The notes: generated from the letters alone by a model not told the origin. Shown: positions 17,189-27,708, counted from the first letter of the stretch. The stretch: DNA of 47,099 bases from a virus (IMGVR_UViG_3300020393_000695:1-47099), one strand, 5' to 3'. Numbers and translations are program-made.

Positions 17189-18265
17189 ATGCCAATACCA
17201 AAACCAAAAAGTGGAGAAAGTAGAAGCAAATATTTAAGTAGATGTTTAGGAGATAGCACTATGATTGACGAGTATGACGCAAATCAAAGAATGGCTATCT
17301 GTTCAAAAGAATACGAAGATTCCAAAGGGAATGATGAAGAAAAGGAACGTGTAAGACGAGATGTCTTCACCACGCAAGAAGAAGCAGAAGAACGTGCAAA
17401 AGAAATAGGTTGTTCTGGTTTTCATTCCCACGAAGAAGATGGTCGCACAGTTTTTATGCCTTGTGCTTCCCATGATGCATATGTTTCTGCTGAAGGTAGA
17501 GATGTTGCAGGTTACCACGAAGACGAAGACGATAAGAAGAAACCTAAGAAAAAGGAAGATTGTGGTTGTGTAGAAACCAAAGATTTTGAAGGTGCTATAG
17601 AAGTTCCTTTGGAATTGAAGATGGGACACGAAGATGATGAAAAAGAAGAAGGTATATTTGAAGGATACGGTTCTGTTTTTGATAACACAGATTTAGGCAA
17701 TGATGTTATTAGAAAAGGAGCATTCACAAAATCTCTCCGACGTAAAGGTCCTAAAGGTATTAAGTTACTGTACCAACATAAAACCGATATGCCGATAGGT
17801 GTATTTGAAAAAATCCAAGAAGATGAAAAGGGTCTTTACGTCAAAGGTAAATTAGCTCTCCAAACTCAAGCAGGAAGAGAAGCATTTGAGCTTATGAAAA
17901 TGGGAGCATTATCAGGATTATCTATTGGTTTTAGAACCAATGAAAAAGGATATCACTATGATAAACGTACAAAGAAACGAATCATAGAAGATGTAGAACT
18001 AATGGAAGTATCTTTGGTTACTTTCCCTATGAACCCAAAAGCACAGGTTGATATGGTGAAGTCTGAAGATATTACAATTAGAGAATGGGAAAATGGATTG
18101 CGAGATGCTTTCAATCTTTCACGTTCTGACTCAAAGGTAGCGGCAAAAGCCGTACACCATGCATTTGAAGAGAAAAGAGCTAACGAGATGTTGGTTTCAG
18201 AAACTGACAATGCAGAATTGGTAAATACCATAAAAAACCTTATAAAAACCTTACAATCTATATAG
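17189..18265 (+). CDS. HK97-type prohead protease with an N-terminal extension
   Basis: FEGYGSVF, LLYQH, GLSIGF and EVSLVTFPMNP. N-terminal Cys/His-rich segments. ATG at 17189. Confidence 0.95.
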   Translation: MPIPKPKSGESRSKYLSRCLGDSTMIDEYDANQRMAICSKEYEDSKGNDEEKERVRRDVFTTQEEAEERAKEIGCSGFHSHEEDGRTVFMPCASHDAYVSAEGRDVAGYHEDEDDKKKPKKKEDCGCVETKDFEGAIEVPLELKMGHEDDEKEEGIFEGYGSVFDNTDLGNDVIRKGAFTKSLRRKGPKGIKLLYQHKTDMPIGVFEKIQEDEKGLYVKGKLALQTQAGREAFELMKMGALSGLSIGFRTNEKGYHYDKRTKKRIIEDVELMEVSLVTFPMNPKAQVDMVKSEDITIREWENGLRDAFNLSRSDSKVAAKAVHHAFEEKRANEMLVSETDNAELVNTIKNLIKTLQSI

Positions 18266-18274
18266 GAGGAAACT

Positions 18275-19492
18275 ATGGTAGATGAAGTGAAAGAGGTTCT
18301 GAATGAGTATGGTCAAGCTTTTGAAGAATTCAAAAAAAGCAATGACGAGAAAATTGAGAAACTTGAAAAGGGTTTAGATGTGCCAGTTACGTTGTTACAA
18401 AAGATGGAAGCTATTGAAAAAGATATGGACCGTCTGGAGGACATAAGCTCAAATCTAAACCAACAAAAAGAGGCAAACGAGGCAATCCAAGAAAAAATGG
18501 AAATACTTGAAACGATGGCTAAAAGACCAAATGCAGGTATTGACAGTAAAAGCTTAGATGAAACACGTTCTGCTTTTGATTCTTTCTGTAGAAAGGGTCA
18601 ACATGGGATTACTGACATGGAGAAAAAAGCTCTTACAGTCAGTAATGATACAACTGGTGGGTACTTAGCTCCACCTGAATATGTGAGGGAACTGTTAAAA
18701 ACAGTAACAGAAATCTCGCCTATCAGGTCAATAGCAAGAGTTCGTAACACTGGGCAAAGAAGTGTACAAGTTCCAAAAAGAACTGGTCAATTCGCTGCAC
18801 AATGGGTTGCTGAATCTGGTACTCGTTCAGAAACAACTGGATACACAGTAGGTCTAGAAGAAATTCCTGCTCACGAATACTACGCATTAGTAGATATTTC
18901 AGAGCAAGATTTAGAAGATACTGTCTTTGATTTAGAAGCAGAAATGCAATCAGAGTTTGCAACTCAATTTGCAAAAGCTGAAGGTACTGCTTTTGTATCT
19001 GGTGATTCTATAGGGAAACCAGAAGGTATCTTAACTAACTCTAATGTAAGTTCAGTAAATTCAGGTGCAGGTGCCGCCTTGACAGCAGATGGATTAATTA
19101 CTTTGGTTCATTCTATTAAATCTGAATATGCAAGAAGTGGTACTTTTGTTTTCAACAGGTCCACTCTTTCTGCAATCAGAAAATTAAAAGATACTGCAGG
19201 TCAATATGTGTTCCAAGCAGGAATGATGCTTACTGGTGGAGTAACTAATACAATTCTTGGTTACCCATACGTAGAAGCTACTGATATGCCTGACGTTGCG
19301 TCAAGTGCAAAACCAATTGTTTTTGGTGATTTTGCAAGAGCATATTTAATTATTGATAGAGTGCAAATGTCTGTACTTAGGGATGAAATGACTCAAGCTA
19401 CAACTGGTAATGTAAGATACATTGCAAGACGTAGAGTTGGTGGACAGGTCGTTCAAGCAGAGGCAATTGTCAAACAAAACATAAGCGCATAA
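18275..19492 (+). CDS. HK97-fold major capsid protein
   Basis: N-terminal coiled-coil delta domain, GGYLAPPEY, TILGYP, IVFGDF and RRVGG. Confidence 0.97.
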   Translation: MVDEVKEVLNEYGQAFEEFKKSNDEKIEKLEKGLDVPVTLLQKMEAIEKDMDRLEDISSNLNQQKEANEAIQEKMEILETMAKRPNAGIDSKSLDETRSAFDSFCRKGQHGITDMEKKALTVSNDTTGGYLAPPEYVRELLKTVTEISPIRSIARVRNTGQRSVQVPKRTGQFAAQWVAESGTRSETTGYTVGLEEIPAHEYYALVDISEQDLEDTVFDLEAEMQSEFATQFAKAEGTAFVSGDSIGKPEGILTNSNVSSVNSGAGAALTADGLITLVHSIKSEYARSGTFVFNRSTLSAIRKLKDTAGQYVFQAGMMLTGGVTNTILGYPYVEATDMPDVASSAKPIVFGDFARAYLIIDRVQMSVLRDEMTQATTGNVRYIARRRVGGQVVQAEAIVKQNISA

Positions 19493-19503
19493 GGAGGGCA
19501 TAA

Positions 19504-19953
19504 ATGAAAGACTTAGCAAATAGTATTTCGGTAGTGCAATCACTTGCTCCTGCAGTAAGAACAGCTGATGCAAATGGCACAGGTGTTGACTTGCAAGGGT
19601 TTGAAGGTGCAACTGTTGTAGTTGATACAGGTGCAGAAGGAGTAACTCTTTCTGGTTCTGTAAAGATTGACTTTAAATTGGAAGAGTCTTCAGACGATTC
19701 AACTTATTCTGCTGTTACTTCAGCCACTGCTGTGACTGATGGTACAGTAGATTCTAGTGGAATCTTCTTGACTCTTGATGATAATGCAGAAACTCCACAA
19801 GTAGCCACTATCGGTTACGTTGGGGGTGCGAGATACATTAGAGTCGTTGCTGACTTTACTGGCTCTCATTCAACTGGTACACCAGTTGCAGCTAGTATTA
19901 TCAAAAGCAGTCCTAGACACAATGTTGATGCTGATTCAAGCTCTACTGTATAA
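19504..19953 (+). CDS. Putative capsid decoration/cement protein
   Basis: Follows the capsid gene with a strong GGAGG SD and lies before a terminator. Beta-rich, with NGTGVDLQGFE and RYIRVV. Confidence 0.6.
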   Translation: MKDLANSISVVQSLAPAVRTADANGTGVDLQGFEGATVVVDTGAEGVTLSGSVKIDFKLEESSDDSTYSAVTSATAVTDGTVDSSGIFLTLDDNAETPQVATIGYVGGARYIRVVADFTGSHSTGTPVAASIIKSSPRHNVDADSSSTV

Positions 19954-19960
19954 ATAAACT

Positions 19961-19993
19961 GAGGTGGGGTAGGAAACTACCCCCCTCATTTTT
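19961..19993 (+). terminator. Rho-independent terminator after the capsid genes
   Basis: GAGGTGGGGTAG-GAAA-CTACCCCCCTC hairpin followed by ATTTTT. Confidence 0.8.
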
Positions 19994-20004
19994 GAGGAAA
20001 AAAA

Positions 20005-20376
20005 ATGGCAAAAAAAAGTTTTAAAATCATTGTTCCAAAACCTGCTTCTGCAAATGAACATGGCACAGATACTAAGTTGTATGTAGCTGATGAAATAGTT
20101 ACAGCAGAAGAAGGAGATTGGCAAGATGATATTATGAAAACCTTTGTAGAAAATGGTTGGGCAATGGAAACTAAAATTGAAGATGTGTCTGATATAGAAA
20201 CTTCCGAACCAGTAAGGGCTAGAAATGAAAAGGGTCATTACATTGCTGATGATCCATCAACACCTGATGTCAATGAGGCATATGAAGGAGGGAAAGCACC
20301 TAAGAAAACAACTAAAAAAACTACGAAGAAAACAACAACTAAAAAAGCAACAAAAACTACTAAAAAGAAAGGGTAA
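20005..20376 (+). CDS. Hypothetical protein with an RARNEKGHYIADDPSTPDVNEA motif and a Lys/Thr-rich tail
   Basis: GAGG SD. C-terminus KKTTKKTTKKTTTKKATKTTKKKG. Confidence 0.8.
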   Translation: MAKKSFKIIVPKPASANEHGTDTKLYVADEIVTAEEGDWQDDIMKTFVENGWAMETKIEDVSDIETSEPVRARNEKGHYIADDPSTPDVNEAYEGGKAPKKTTKKTTKKTTTKKATKTTKKKG

Positions 20377-20422
20377 ACCAAAAGGTTAAGATGGTAAGTA
20401 CCATGCTCAAAAAGGAATTAAT

Positions 20423-20776
20423 ATGGCGGCAGGGTTTCATCATTTTATCATTGAACAGGGAGCAACTTTTGGACAAACCCTTACCTTAAAAGATTCCAGT
20501 GATGCAGTAGTAAACCTTACTGGTTATGCTAGTGCAGAAATGGATTTACGACTCCATTCGGATAGTTCTACAACAATAATTACACTTACAACAGCAAATT
20601 CCAGAATAACTTTAGGTGGTTCTAACGGAACAGTTACACTTTCTATTTCAGCTACAGATACAGCAAGTCTTAGTGTTGGAGATGGAGTTTATGATTTAGA
20701 AATTGTAGATGGAAGTGGAAATATTTTTAGAATCTTAGAAGGTACTTTTACTATCAGGGGTAATGTAAGCAAATAA
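20423..20776 (+). CDS. Putative fibre anchor/adaptor virion protein
   Basis: IEQGATF...NLTGY...GVYDLEI...RILEG Ig-like pattern, coupled (TAATG) to the fibre gene. Confidence 0.6.
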   Translation: MAAGFHHFIIEQGATFGQTLTLKDSSDAVVNLTGYASAEMDLRLHSDSSTTIITLTTANSRITLGGSNGTVTLSISATDTASLSVGDGVYDLEIVDGSGNIFRILEGTFTIRGNVSK

Positions 20777-23700
20777 TGGCAATAAGTAAGATAACAGTAT
20801 CAGATTCAAGTCCAGTCAATAGTGTTACTGTCACAGGTACTTCAACAATTGATGTCATAACTGTTGGAACTCAAGGACCTACAGGTCCAAATACAATTTT
20901 TACAAAAGGTTTCAAAACACACACCAATGATAGTTCTGATAACGGTGCAGGAATTATTTATGACCATGCAAATAGTAGATGGTGTAGTACCGTAGATTCA
21001 GATGTAGCTTCTGTAAATTTTAAAGTACAAAAACTAATTTTGAATTCAGGAGTAGCAGTAAATTCTATTTTAGATGAAGATAACATGGCTTCAGATTCTG
21101 CAACTGCTTTGGTTACTCAACAATCAATCAAAGCTTATGTAGATGCTCAAATAACCTTACAAGATATTGATTATCAGGGAGATACTGGTGGCGCACAAAC
21201 TGTAGATTTAGATTCACAGACTTTAACTTTTGCAGGTGGTACTGGGATAGATACATCAGGTTCTGGTCAAACCTTGACTATTGCTATAGATAGCACGGTA
21301 GCAACCCTATCTGGTACACAAACTCTTACAAATAAAACACTTACCAGTCCAAAAATAAATGATTCCACAGCAATCACCACCACAGGTACGGAAATAAATA
21401 AATTAGATGGTGATACTACTGCTTCTGCAGTTGTTGTGGTTGATGCAGACCAACTAATAATTAATGATGATGGAAGTATCAAACAAATAGCAGTTACTAG
21501 ATTAGATACCTATTTTTCGGGTACTACTGCTACTTTAACAAACAAAACTTTAACAGCCCCTGTTCTAAATAATGTTGACATAAATGGGGGCGATATTTCT
21601 TCTGCTACTGTTATCAATAAATCCCCCGTAATAACACTAGCAGGAGATTTATCAGGAAGTGTAACCCTTACAGAATTAGGAAATGGAACTCTTACTGCAA
21701 CTATATCTGCAAACTCAGTTGCTTTGGGAACAGATACAACAGGAAACTACGTAGCAGGTGTTTCAGGAACTACAAATGAAATTGAAGTAACTGGTAGTGG
21801 AAGTGAAGGTGCAACAGTTACAGTTGGTTTGCCAGATAATGTAACCATTGCAGGTGATTTAACGGTCAATGGCTCAACCACTACAATTGATACTACGAAT
21901 CTTTCTGTTGAAGATAGTTTGATAGAACTTGCAAAAAATAATACAAGTGCAGATTCTTTAGATATTGGTTTGTTTGGTGTATATGATACTTCAGGTTCAC
22001 AGGATTTGTATGCAGGATTATTTAGAGATGCTAATGATTCTGGAAAGTTTAAACTATTCAAAGACCTGCAAGTAAAACCTACAACCACAGTTAATGTAAG
22101 TGGAGCAGGATATTCAGTTGCTACTTTAGTTGCAAATCTAGAGGGGAACGTAACTGGACAAGTTTCTACATTAAGTAATTTTGATACCGATAATTTAAGT
22201 GAAGGTTCTTCTAATTTATATTTTACAAATACAAGAGTAACTTCTGCTTTAACAAGTTTATCTACAACTACAGATGCGACTGCTTCTGACTTAGTTGTTT
22301 TTTATGATGTAAGTGCAGGGCAATGGGAAAAATCAACAATCACAAACTTAGCTTTACAAGGACCGACAGGACCTACTGGGCCAACAGGACCTACAGGTCC
22401 TGCAGGACCTTCGGGAAGTGATGGAAGTGCAGGAGCAACAGGACCAACAGGACCGACAGGACCCACAGGACCTAGTGGACCTGCAGGGGCTGATGGAAAT
22501 GACGGGGCAACTGGACCTGCTGGACCTACAGGACCTACTGGACCTGCAGGTGCAGATTCAACTGTTGCAGGACCTACTGGTCCCACTGGTCCCACTGGTC
22601 CCACTGGACCTGCAGGACCTTCTGGTTCAGATGGTTCAGATGGTTCAGATGGTGCAACTGGTCCTACTGGTCCGACTGGACCTGCAGGTCCTACAGGACC
22701 AACTGGACCGACTGGTCCGACTGGTCCGACAGGGAGTATCGGAAACAGCACAAATGCAGATTTTACTTTTCAGGGGGCTAGTGCAAATATTGTATTTGAT
22801 GCAAGTGAGAATGCCCTTGAGTTTGCAGATTCAACAAAAGCAGTATTCGGTACAGGGGAAGATTTAAACATTCAAAGTGATGGCACAAATGGAGAGATAA
22901 ATGCCGGTAATGGAAATTTAACTGTAGATGTAGCAGGGGATATAATTCTTGATGCAGATGGTGGAGATTTAATATTCAAAGACGCAGGAACAAGTATTGC
23001 TAAATTAAGCAACAACTCTTCTGACTTGCAAATAAGTGTAGAAACAGCAGATAAAGATATCAAATTCAACGGAACAGATGGTGGAAGTGGGATAACTGCT
23101 CTCACCCTTGATATGTCCGAATCAGGTGCTGCAACCTTCAATAGCTCAGTGACAGCAACACAATTCATAGGTGATGTTGTAAATGGACAAGCAACAGAAA
23201 CAAGTTTCCAAAGTTCTGACTTAATAGCAGTTTATGATGTGTCTGCTTCTGCAATCAAAAAAGGAACTATTTCAAATGTTGCCCTTCAAGGACCAACTGG
23301 TCCAACTGGTCCAACTGGTCCAACAGGTCCAAGTGGTCCGAGTGGATCAGCAGGTAGTGACGGAGCTACAGGTCCAACAGGTCCCACAGGTCCTACCGGT
23401 CCTGCCGGTCCAACTGGTCCTGCAGGTAGTGATGGTAATGATGGTTCTGACGGAGCTACGGGTCCAACCGGTCCAACAGGACCAACGGGTCCTGCAGGTC
23501 CTACGGGTCCATCAGGTCCTGCAGGAAGTGATGGTTCAGACGGAAGTGCAGGTCCTACAGGTCCTACTGGTCCTACTGGTCCTACAGGTCCTACGGGTCC
23601 GTCAGGTAGTGCAACAATCAATAATAATGCAGACAACAGGATTATTACAGGGAGTGGAACTTCAGGTACTTTAGAAGCCGAAACAACTCTTACTTTTAAC

Positions 23701-24576
23701 AGTGGTACTTTAGCTTTATCAACAGGAGATTTTCTTGTAGATGTAGCAGGAAATATACAATTAGATGCAGATGACGCAGGTGAAATTAGATTCCTTGATG
23801 GTGGAACTCAATATGCAGCAATAAAAAAAGATAGTAACGATGCTGTTATTCAATCTATTGTAGCTGATGGAGATTTAAAATTTAACGGTATTGATGATTC
23901 TTCTGTTATTACTGCTCTTACTCTTGATATGTCAGATGCAGGAACAGGAATATTTAATCACGATGTAAGAGTAGGCGATAATAATTTCTTTATTTGTGGT
24001 GCAGGTGATGATGTCGCTATACAAAGTGATGGTACAAACGGAACAATATTTGCAGGAAATGGTAACTTAACTCTTGATGTAGCAGGTGATATTAATATTG
24101 ATGCAGATGGTGGTGATGTTTATTTTAAAGATGGTGGAACTGAATTTTTAAGATTACAAAATGATAGTGGTAATATAAATATCCGACAAGATACTTCTGA
24201 CAAAGATATATTATTTCTTGGTAATGATGGAGGTTCAAGTATTGTTGCATTGACGTTAGATATGTCAGAGGCAGGTGCTGCAACATTCAATAATGATGTT
24301 ACAGCTTTCTCAGATGCAAGATTAAAAGATAATATTGAAACTCTAGAGAATGGATTACAAAAAATAGAACAACTTAGAGGTGTAACTTATACAAGAGATA
24401 ACAAAGAAAGTATTGGTGTAATTGCTCAAGAAGTAGAAAAAATATTACCAGAAATTGTCAAAACAGCAGATGATGAAATGGGTACAAAATCTGTTGATTA
24501 CAGTAGAATAACTGCAGTGTTGATTGAAGCAGTAAAAGAATTATCAGCAAGAGTTAAAGAACTAGAGAATAAATAA
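20776..24576 (+). CDS. Collagen-repeat fibre protein with a C-terminal peptidase S74 intramolecular chaperone
   Basis: TLTNKTL fibre repeats, two long Gly-X-Y tracts, and [10 protein letters not shown]...GVIAQEVE...LIEAVKEL. Confidence 0.92.
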   Translation: MAISKITVSDSSPVNSVTVTGTSTIDVITVGTQGPTGPNTIFTKGFKTHTNDSSDNGAGIIYDHANSRWCSTVDSDVASVNFKVQKLILNSGVAVNSILDEDNMASDSATALVTQQSIKAYVDAQITLQDIDYQGDTGGAQTVDLDSQTLTFAGGTGIDTSGSGQTLTIAIDSTVATLSGTQTLTNKTLTSPKINDSTAITTTGTEINKLDGDTTASAVVVVDADQLIINDDGSIKQIAVTRLDTYFSGTTATLTNKTLTAPVLNNVDINGGDISSATVINKSPVITLAGDLSGSVTLTELGNGTLTATISANSVALGTDTTGNYVAGVSGTTNEIEVTGSGSEGATVTVGLPDNVTIAGDLTVNGSTTTIDTTNLSVEDSLIELAKNNTSADSLDIGLFGVYDTSGSQDLYAGLFRDANDSGKFKLFKDLQVKPTTTVNVSGAGYSVATLVANLEGNVTGQVSTLSNFDTDNLSEGSSNLYFTNTRVTSALTSLSTTTDATASDLVVFYDVSAGQWEKSTITNLALQGPTGPTGPTGPTGPAGPSGSDGSAGATGPTGPTGPTGPSGPAGADGNDGATGPAGPTGPTGPAGADSTVAGPTGPTGPTGPTGPAGPSGSDGSDGSDGATGPTGPTGPAGPTGPTGPTGPTGPTGSIGNSTNADFTFQGASANIVFDASENALEFADSTKAVFGTGEDLNIQSDGTNGEINAGNGNLTVDVAGDIILDADGGDLIFKDAGTSIAKLSNNSSDLQISVETADKDIKFNGTDGGSGITALTLDMSESGAATFNSSVTATQFIGDVVNGQATETSFQSSDLIAVYDVSASAIKKGTISNVALQGPTGPTGPTGPTGPSGPSGSAGSDGATGPTGPTGPTGPAGPTGPAGSDGNDGSDGATGPTGPTGPTGPAGPTGPSGPAGSDGSDGSAGPTGPTGPTGPTGPTGPSGSATINNNADNRIITGSGTSGTLEAETTLTFNSGTLALSTGDFLVDVAGNIQLDADDAGEIRFLDGGTQYAAIKKDSNDAVIQSIVADGDLKFNGIDDSSVITALTLDMSDAGTGIFNHDVRVGDNNFFICGAGDDVAIQSDGTNGTIFAGNGNLTLDVAGDINIDADGGDVYFKDGGTEFLRLQNDSGNINIRQDTSDKDILFLGNDGGSSIVALTLDMSEAGAATFNNDVTAFSDARLKDNIETLENGLQKIEQLRGVTYTRDNKESIGVIAQEVEKILPEIVKTADDEMGTKSVDYSRITAVLIEAVKELSARVKELENK
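22360..22743 (+). repeat. Collagen-like 9-nt repeat tract 1 (mostly GPT, about 42 triplets, one interruption)
   Basis: GGN-CCN-ACN tandem units in the fibre gene. Confidence 0.95.
23290..23613 (+). repeat. Collagen-like 9-nt repeat tract 2 (about 36 triplets)
   Basis: GGN-CCN-ACN tandem units with GSD insertions. Confidence 0.95.
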
Positions 24577-25229
24577 TGGCAGTCCCAACAGGTACGGCAA
24601 AATTTTCAGAAATACAAACAGAGTTTGGTGGAAGCAATCCTATCTCTCTAAGTGAATATTACTCAGGAGGTAGTAATACTAAATCTAATTTAGGAATTTT
24701 TGCACCTAACGGGATTCCAACTTCAGGAACAATTAGTGTCAACGATTTTCGTGGTGCAGAGAATACCAGTGAAGAATTTTCAACAAATGTAACTTTCACT
24801 GCAGGTTCTATAGCATTTTCAAATCCTTTTTTAGAAAGTAAAGGAAGGAGTTCTTTAAATTCACCAAATGGTTCAATTGCTGATGATACTCCTGATAATG
24901 GCAGAATGATGAAATCATCTACATTGAACGAAGTCACTTATAATAAATCTACACCTAAAGGTTCTTCAACATCAACCGAGTTTTTTAAAGTACAAATTTT
25001 TATTTCAAATACAGTTTCAGGTTACAACAACAATATCAATAATGATACTGATGCTTTCAAGCAATTCAGGGATACAAGTTCAGGAGGTGGTGGTACTTTC
25101 AATAGATCGGCTGCAAGTTATACTACTTCTGTTACAGGAGGTGTAGCAGTTCACAGTTGGCAATGGGGAAGCACCCCTTATTCACCAATTGGTACAGGCA
25201 CAAGGTCCGTAACTTTTGATTGTGATTGA
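24576..25229 (+). CDS. Putative fibre-tip adhesin
   Basis: N-terminal SEIQTEFGGSNPISLSEYY...IPTSGTISVNDFRG, a motif typical of genes following S74-bearing fibres. TAATG coupling. Confidence 0.6.
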   Translation: MAVPTGTAKFSEIQTEFGGSNPISLSEYYSGGSNTKSNLGIFAPNGIPTSGTISVNDFRGAENTSEEFSTNVTFTAGSIAFSNPFLESKGRSSLNSPNGSIADDTPDNGRMMKSSTLNEVTYNKSTPKGSSTSTEFFKVQIFISNTVSGYNNNINNDTDAFKQFRDTSSGGGGTFNRSAASYTTSVTGGVAVHSWQWGSTPYSPIGTGTRSVTFDCD

Positions 25230-25453
25230 TTATGAGTATAGAAATACAAATAGATAATGGCATAAAAAAAGTATCTAAAACGTATGATGGTATATTTGTA
25301 CAAATTCCTGCAATTTTAGATAGTAATGGGGATGTTGATTTGGTGGCTTCAGAACAAGCTTTAGATATTTTTCACTGGGATAATAATGAGAGCTTGGAAA
25401 CTCAGGAAACCAAAGTACCTCCTTATGTTCCAGAAGATGTTGGTGAAATTTAA
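25226..25453 (+). CDS. Hypothetical acidic protein
   Basis: ORF coupled to both neighbours. Confidence 0.6.
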   Translation: MIMSIEIQIDNGIKKVSKTYDGIFVQIPAILDSNGDVDLVASEQALDIFHWDNNESLETQETKVPPYVPEDVGEI

Positions 25454-26145
25454 TGAGCTTTGCAAAGCTTTTAAGAAATGAGGTTTCTACAAAAGTAGAA
25501 GATGATTTAGTAATCACAGTTCTTAAAGGAAATACAGACGATTACATTGAAAGAGGTTCTTTTTCGGGTGTGGCAAATAGAGATATTGTTACAACAGATA
25601 CTGAAAGTGCCAATGTAGTTTGTGTTCCTATAAGAACAATTATTGCTGAAGGAAAAGCAGAACTATCATGGGAGTGGGAAACTGACATATCAGAATCTGA
25701 CGTAACTAGATTTGTTTCTTTGAACAATTCAGATGCACTCAAAAGTTCTAGTAATTTTTCTCAATCTACTGTTGCAGAAGCAGTGTCTAATAAAAAATTT
25801 GTAATGAATGTAGAATATGATCCTATTTTTTCTGAACTAGGCGATTTACAAATAAGATGGCAACTTAAAACTAATGGGAAAATAAAAGCTTTAGCAGATA
25901 ATACAAAATTCCTATGCACCATTACTAACAACAGCGCATATCAAGTAAAAATTCTTGATATACCAGTTGGTGCTACCAAAACAGTTGCTAGACAAGGAAC
26001 AATAAATTATTTAGTATTTGCTCAAGATTGTTCAGTTGGTGGCACAACACTATCTGAAAACACATTTAAAAAATTATCTAGTAATTCAGTAGATGTTAAA
26101 AATGAAAGTTCAAAACCGTGCAGAATAGTAACAATATATAAATGA
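25453..26145 (+). CDS. Hypothetical protein (beta-rich)
   Basis: 230-aa ORF with TAATG coupling. Confidence 0.75.
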   Translation: MSFAKLLRNEVSTKVEDDLVITVLKGNTDDYIERGSFSGVANRDIVTTDTESANVVCVPIRTIIAEGKAELSWEWETDISESDVTRFVSLNNSDALKSSSNFSQSTVAEAVSNKKFVMNVEYDPIFSELGDLQIRWQLKTNGKIKALADNTKFLCTITNNSAYQVKILDIPVGATKTVARQGTINYLVFAQDCSVGGTTLSENTFKKLSSNSVDVKNESSKPCRIVTIYK

Positions 26146-26411
26146 GAGAAAAACTTTTTTACTTATTACCAGTTTTAAATACCATGTTTACCGATGGTAA
26201 ATGGAATTTTCCATTAATAAGAATAGTAAAAGATTTCCACAAAAAACATGGTTTGATTCTCACTATCCTGTGGGTTCTCTTGGTTGTAGTAGGAACAAAG
26301 GTAGTTTTTATAAATGGAACTATAGGAATCATTAATTACACTTTTGGTATAGATATACCCTTCGGTCCCGTTTGGGAAAATATAAGAGGTAATTTTGGAT
26401 TTGTTGATTAA
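26142..26411 (+). CDS. Hypothetical membrane protein
   Basis: Hydrophobic segment GLILTILWVLLVVVG. Confidence 0.65.
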   Translation: MREKLFYLLPVLNTMFTDGKWNFPLIRIVKDFHKKHGLILTILWVLLVVVGTKVVFINGTIGIINYTFGIDIPFGPVWENIRGNFGFVD

Positions 26412-26514
26412 AGTATTTCTTTTCTTTGGTGGTTTTTTATCTGGCACACTTGTTACGTATGCCTTTTTTTCTTTAGTACCTATTTTACAAGCTCTAGCAA
26501 ATTTGCAGTTATGA
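26401..26514 (+). CDS. Small hydrophobic peptide (37 aa, MLIKVFLFFGGFLSGTLVTYAFFSLVPILQALANLQL), missing from the ORF track
   Basis: TTG start after GAGG. Fills the gap exactly, and its TGA overlaps the ATG at 26511 (ATGA). Confidence 0.5.
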   Translation: MLIKVFLFFGGFLSGTLVTYAFFSLVPILQALANLQL

Positions 26515-27095
26515 ATAGTATTTGGCAACTTTGGGAGAAAGGAGTTGATCAAGAAGTATTAAAAAAAATTGAAGAAATCACAAATGAATTGCAAGTTAAA
26601 GATTCTCAAGTAGGTCATTACAAACCGAAAGAAGGAGAAACAAACCCAAAAATTAGAAGATCAAAAACTGCGTTCTTAAATAATTCTAACAAATCACATT
26701 CTCAAATTTTTAGTATGTTCACTAATTTTTTTTATGAAGCAAATGCAAATGCTTTTGGGGTACATATAGATAGACTCACAGATATTCAATACACAGAGTA
26801 TCATGCAGAAGAAGATGGTTTTTATGATTTCCACCAAGATTGTTTTATTGAATCAGAAAGACTTATAGACCGAAAATTAAGTTTGACCATGCAACTTTCA
26901 GACCCAGAAGATTATGAAGGAGGAGATTTTGTATTCCATAATTCATTTGTACCTTCACCACCAGATACAAGGGTTTTGAAAAAACAAGGAGCTATATTAG
27001 TTTTCCCTTCATTTGTTTTGCATAAAGTAGAACCTGTAACAAAAGGCATAAGAAAAAGTTTGGTAGCTTGGATTGATGGACCCTGTTGGAAATAA
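26511..27095 (+). CDS. 2OG-Fe(II) oxygenase (prolyl-hydroxylase/PKHD-like)
   Basis: HQD...RKLS...YEGGDF...FPSFVLHKVEPVTKGIRKSLVAW. Confidence 0.92.
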   Translation: MNSIWQLWEKGVDQEVLKKIEEITNELQVKDSQVGHYKPKEGETNPKIRRSKTAFLNNSNKSHSQIFSMFTNFFYEANANAFGVHIDRLTDIQYTEYHAEEDGFYDFHQDCFIESERLIDRKLSLTMQLSDPEDYEGGDFVFHNSFVPSPPDTRVLKKQGAILVFPSFVLHKVEPVTKGIRKSLVAWIDGPCWK

Positions 27096-27708
27096 ATATA
27101 GTCTGAAAAATAAAAAACTTCTCCAATACAAAACAGAGATGTTGGATTTGAATTTTTATTCAAGTGTAGTTTACAAACAACAAATATCTGCAAAACATCA
27201 TTTTGATCATGTTTATACGTTGCCTTTTTTAGATAAAGAATTTTGTAAAGAATTGTTGCAAGAAATAAAGCTTTTAGAAGAATCTTTTGATTACAAGGGT
27301 AACTTAGATGAAGATGAAAGTGTAAGAAGTCCAGAATTACAAATAGCACAAATATGTCCAGAACTTTCAGAAAATTTGTTACGTAACATATGTACGTTTG
27401 GAAATTATTTTTTTTCAGAAGTGTTTGATTCAGATGTGGATTCTGGATCAGTTCACGTTACTAAATACGATAAAAATTGGATAGGGAAAATGCACAATGA
27501 TTTAGCTGATGTAACTGTTTTGATACCCTTGAATGAAAACGAATTTGATGGTGGAGGTACAGAATTCAAAAAAGGAATTATTGAGCCACAAGACATTGGC
27601 ACTGCAACAATTTTTCCTAGTTTTATTACTAAACACAAAGGATTATCTATTACTTCTGGGGAAAGATATCTACTGGTTTTTTGGTTGAGAAAAATTAAAC
27701 TTTTGTAA
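27073..27708 (+). CDS. 2OG-Fe(II) oxygenase (resembles the PLOD/lysyl-hydroxylase catalytic domain)
   Basis: PFLDKEFCKELL, HNDLADVTVLIPLN, GGGTEF and HKGLSITSGERYLLV. Start codon uncertain. Confidence 0.82.
   Translation: MMDPVGNKYSLKNKKLLQYKTEMLDLNFYSSVVYKQQISAKHHFDHVYTLPFLDKEFCKELLQEIKLLEESFDYKGNLDEDESVRSPELQIAQICPELSENLLRNICTFGNYFFSEVFDSDVDSGSVHVTKYDKNWIGKMHNDLADVTVLIPLNENEFDGGGTEFKKGIIEPQDIGTATIFPSFITKHKGLSITSGERYLLVFWLRKIKLL

Noticed and set aside
22360-23613. Tandem repeats as a possible CRISPR array or DGR template
   Set aside because: They are 9-nt coding repeats varying at third positions, with no spacers, cas genes or reverse transcriptase.
22302-23674. Antisense and alternate-frame ORFs (GPVGPV..., QDLLVL...) over the collagen tracts
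   Set aside because: These are shadows of the GGN-CCN-ACN repeat, which lacks stops in other frames. They have no SD or independent evidence.
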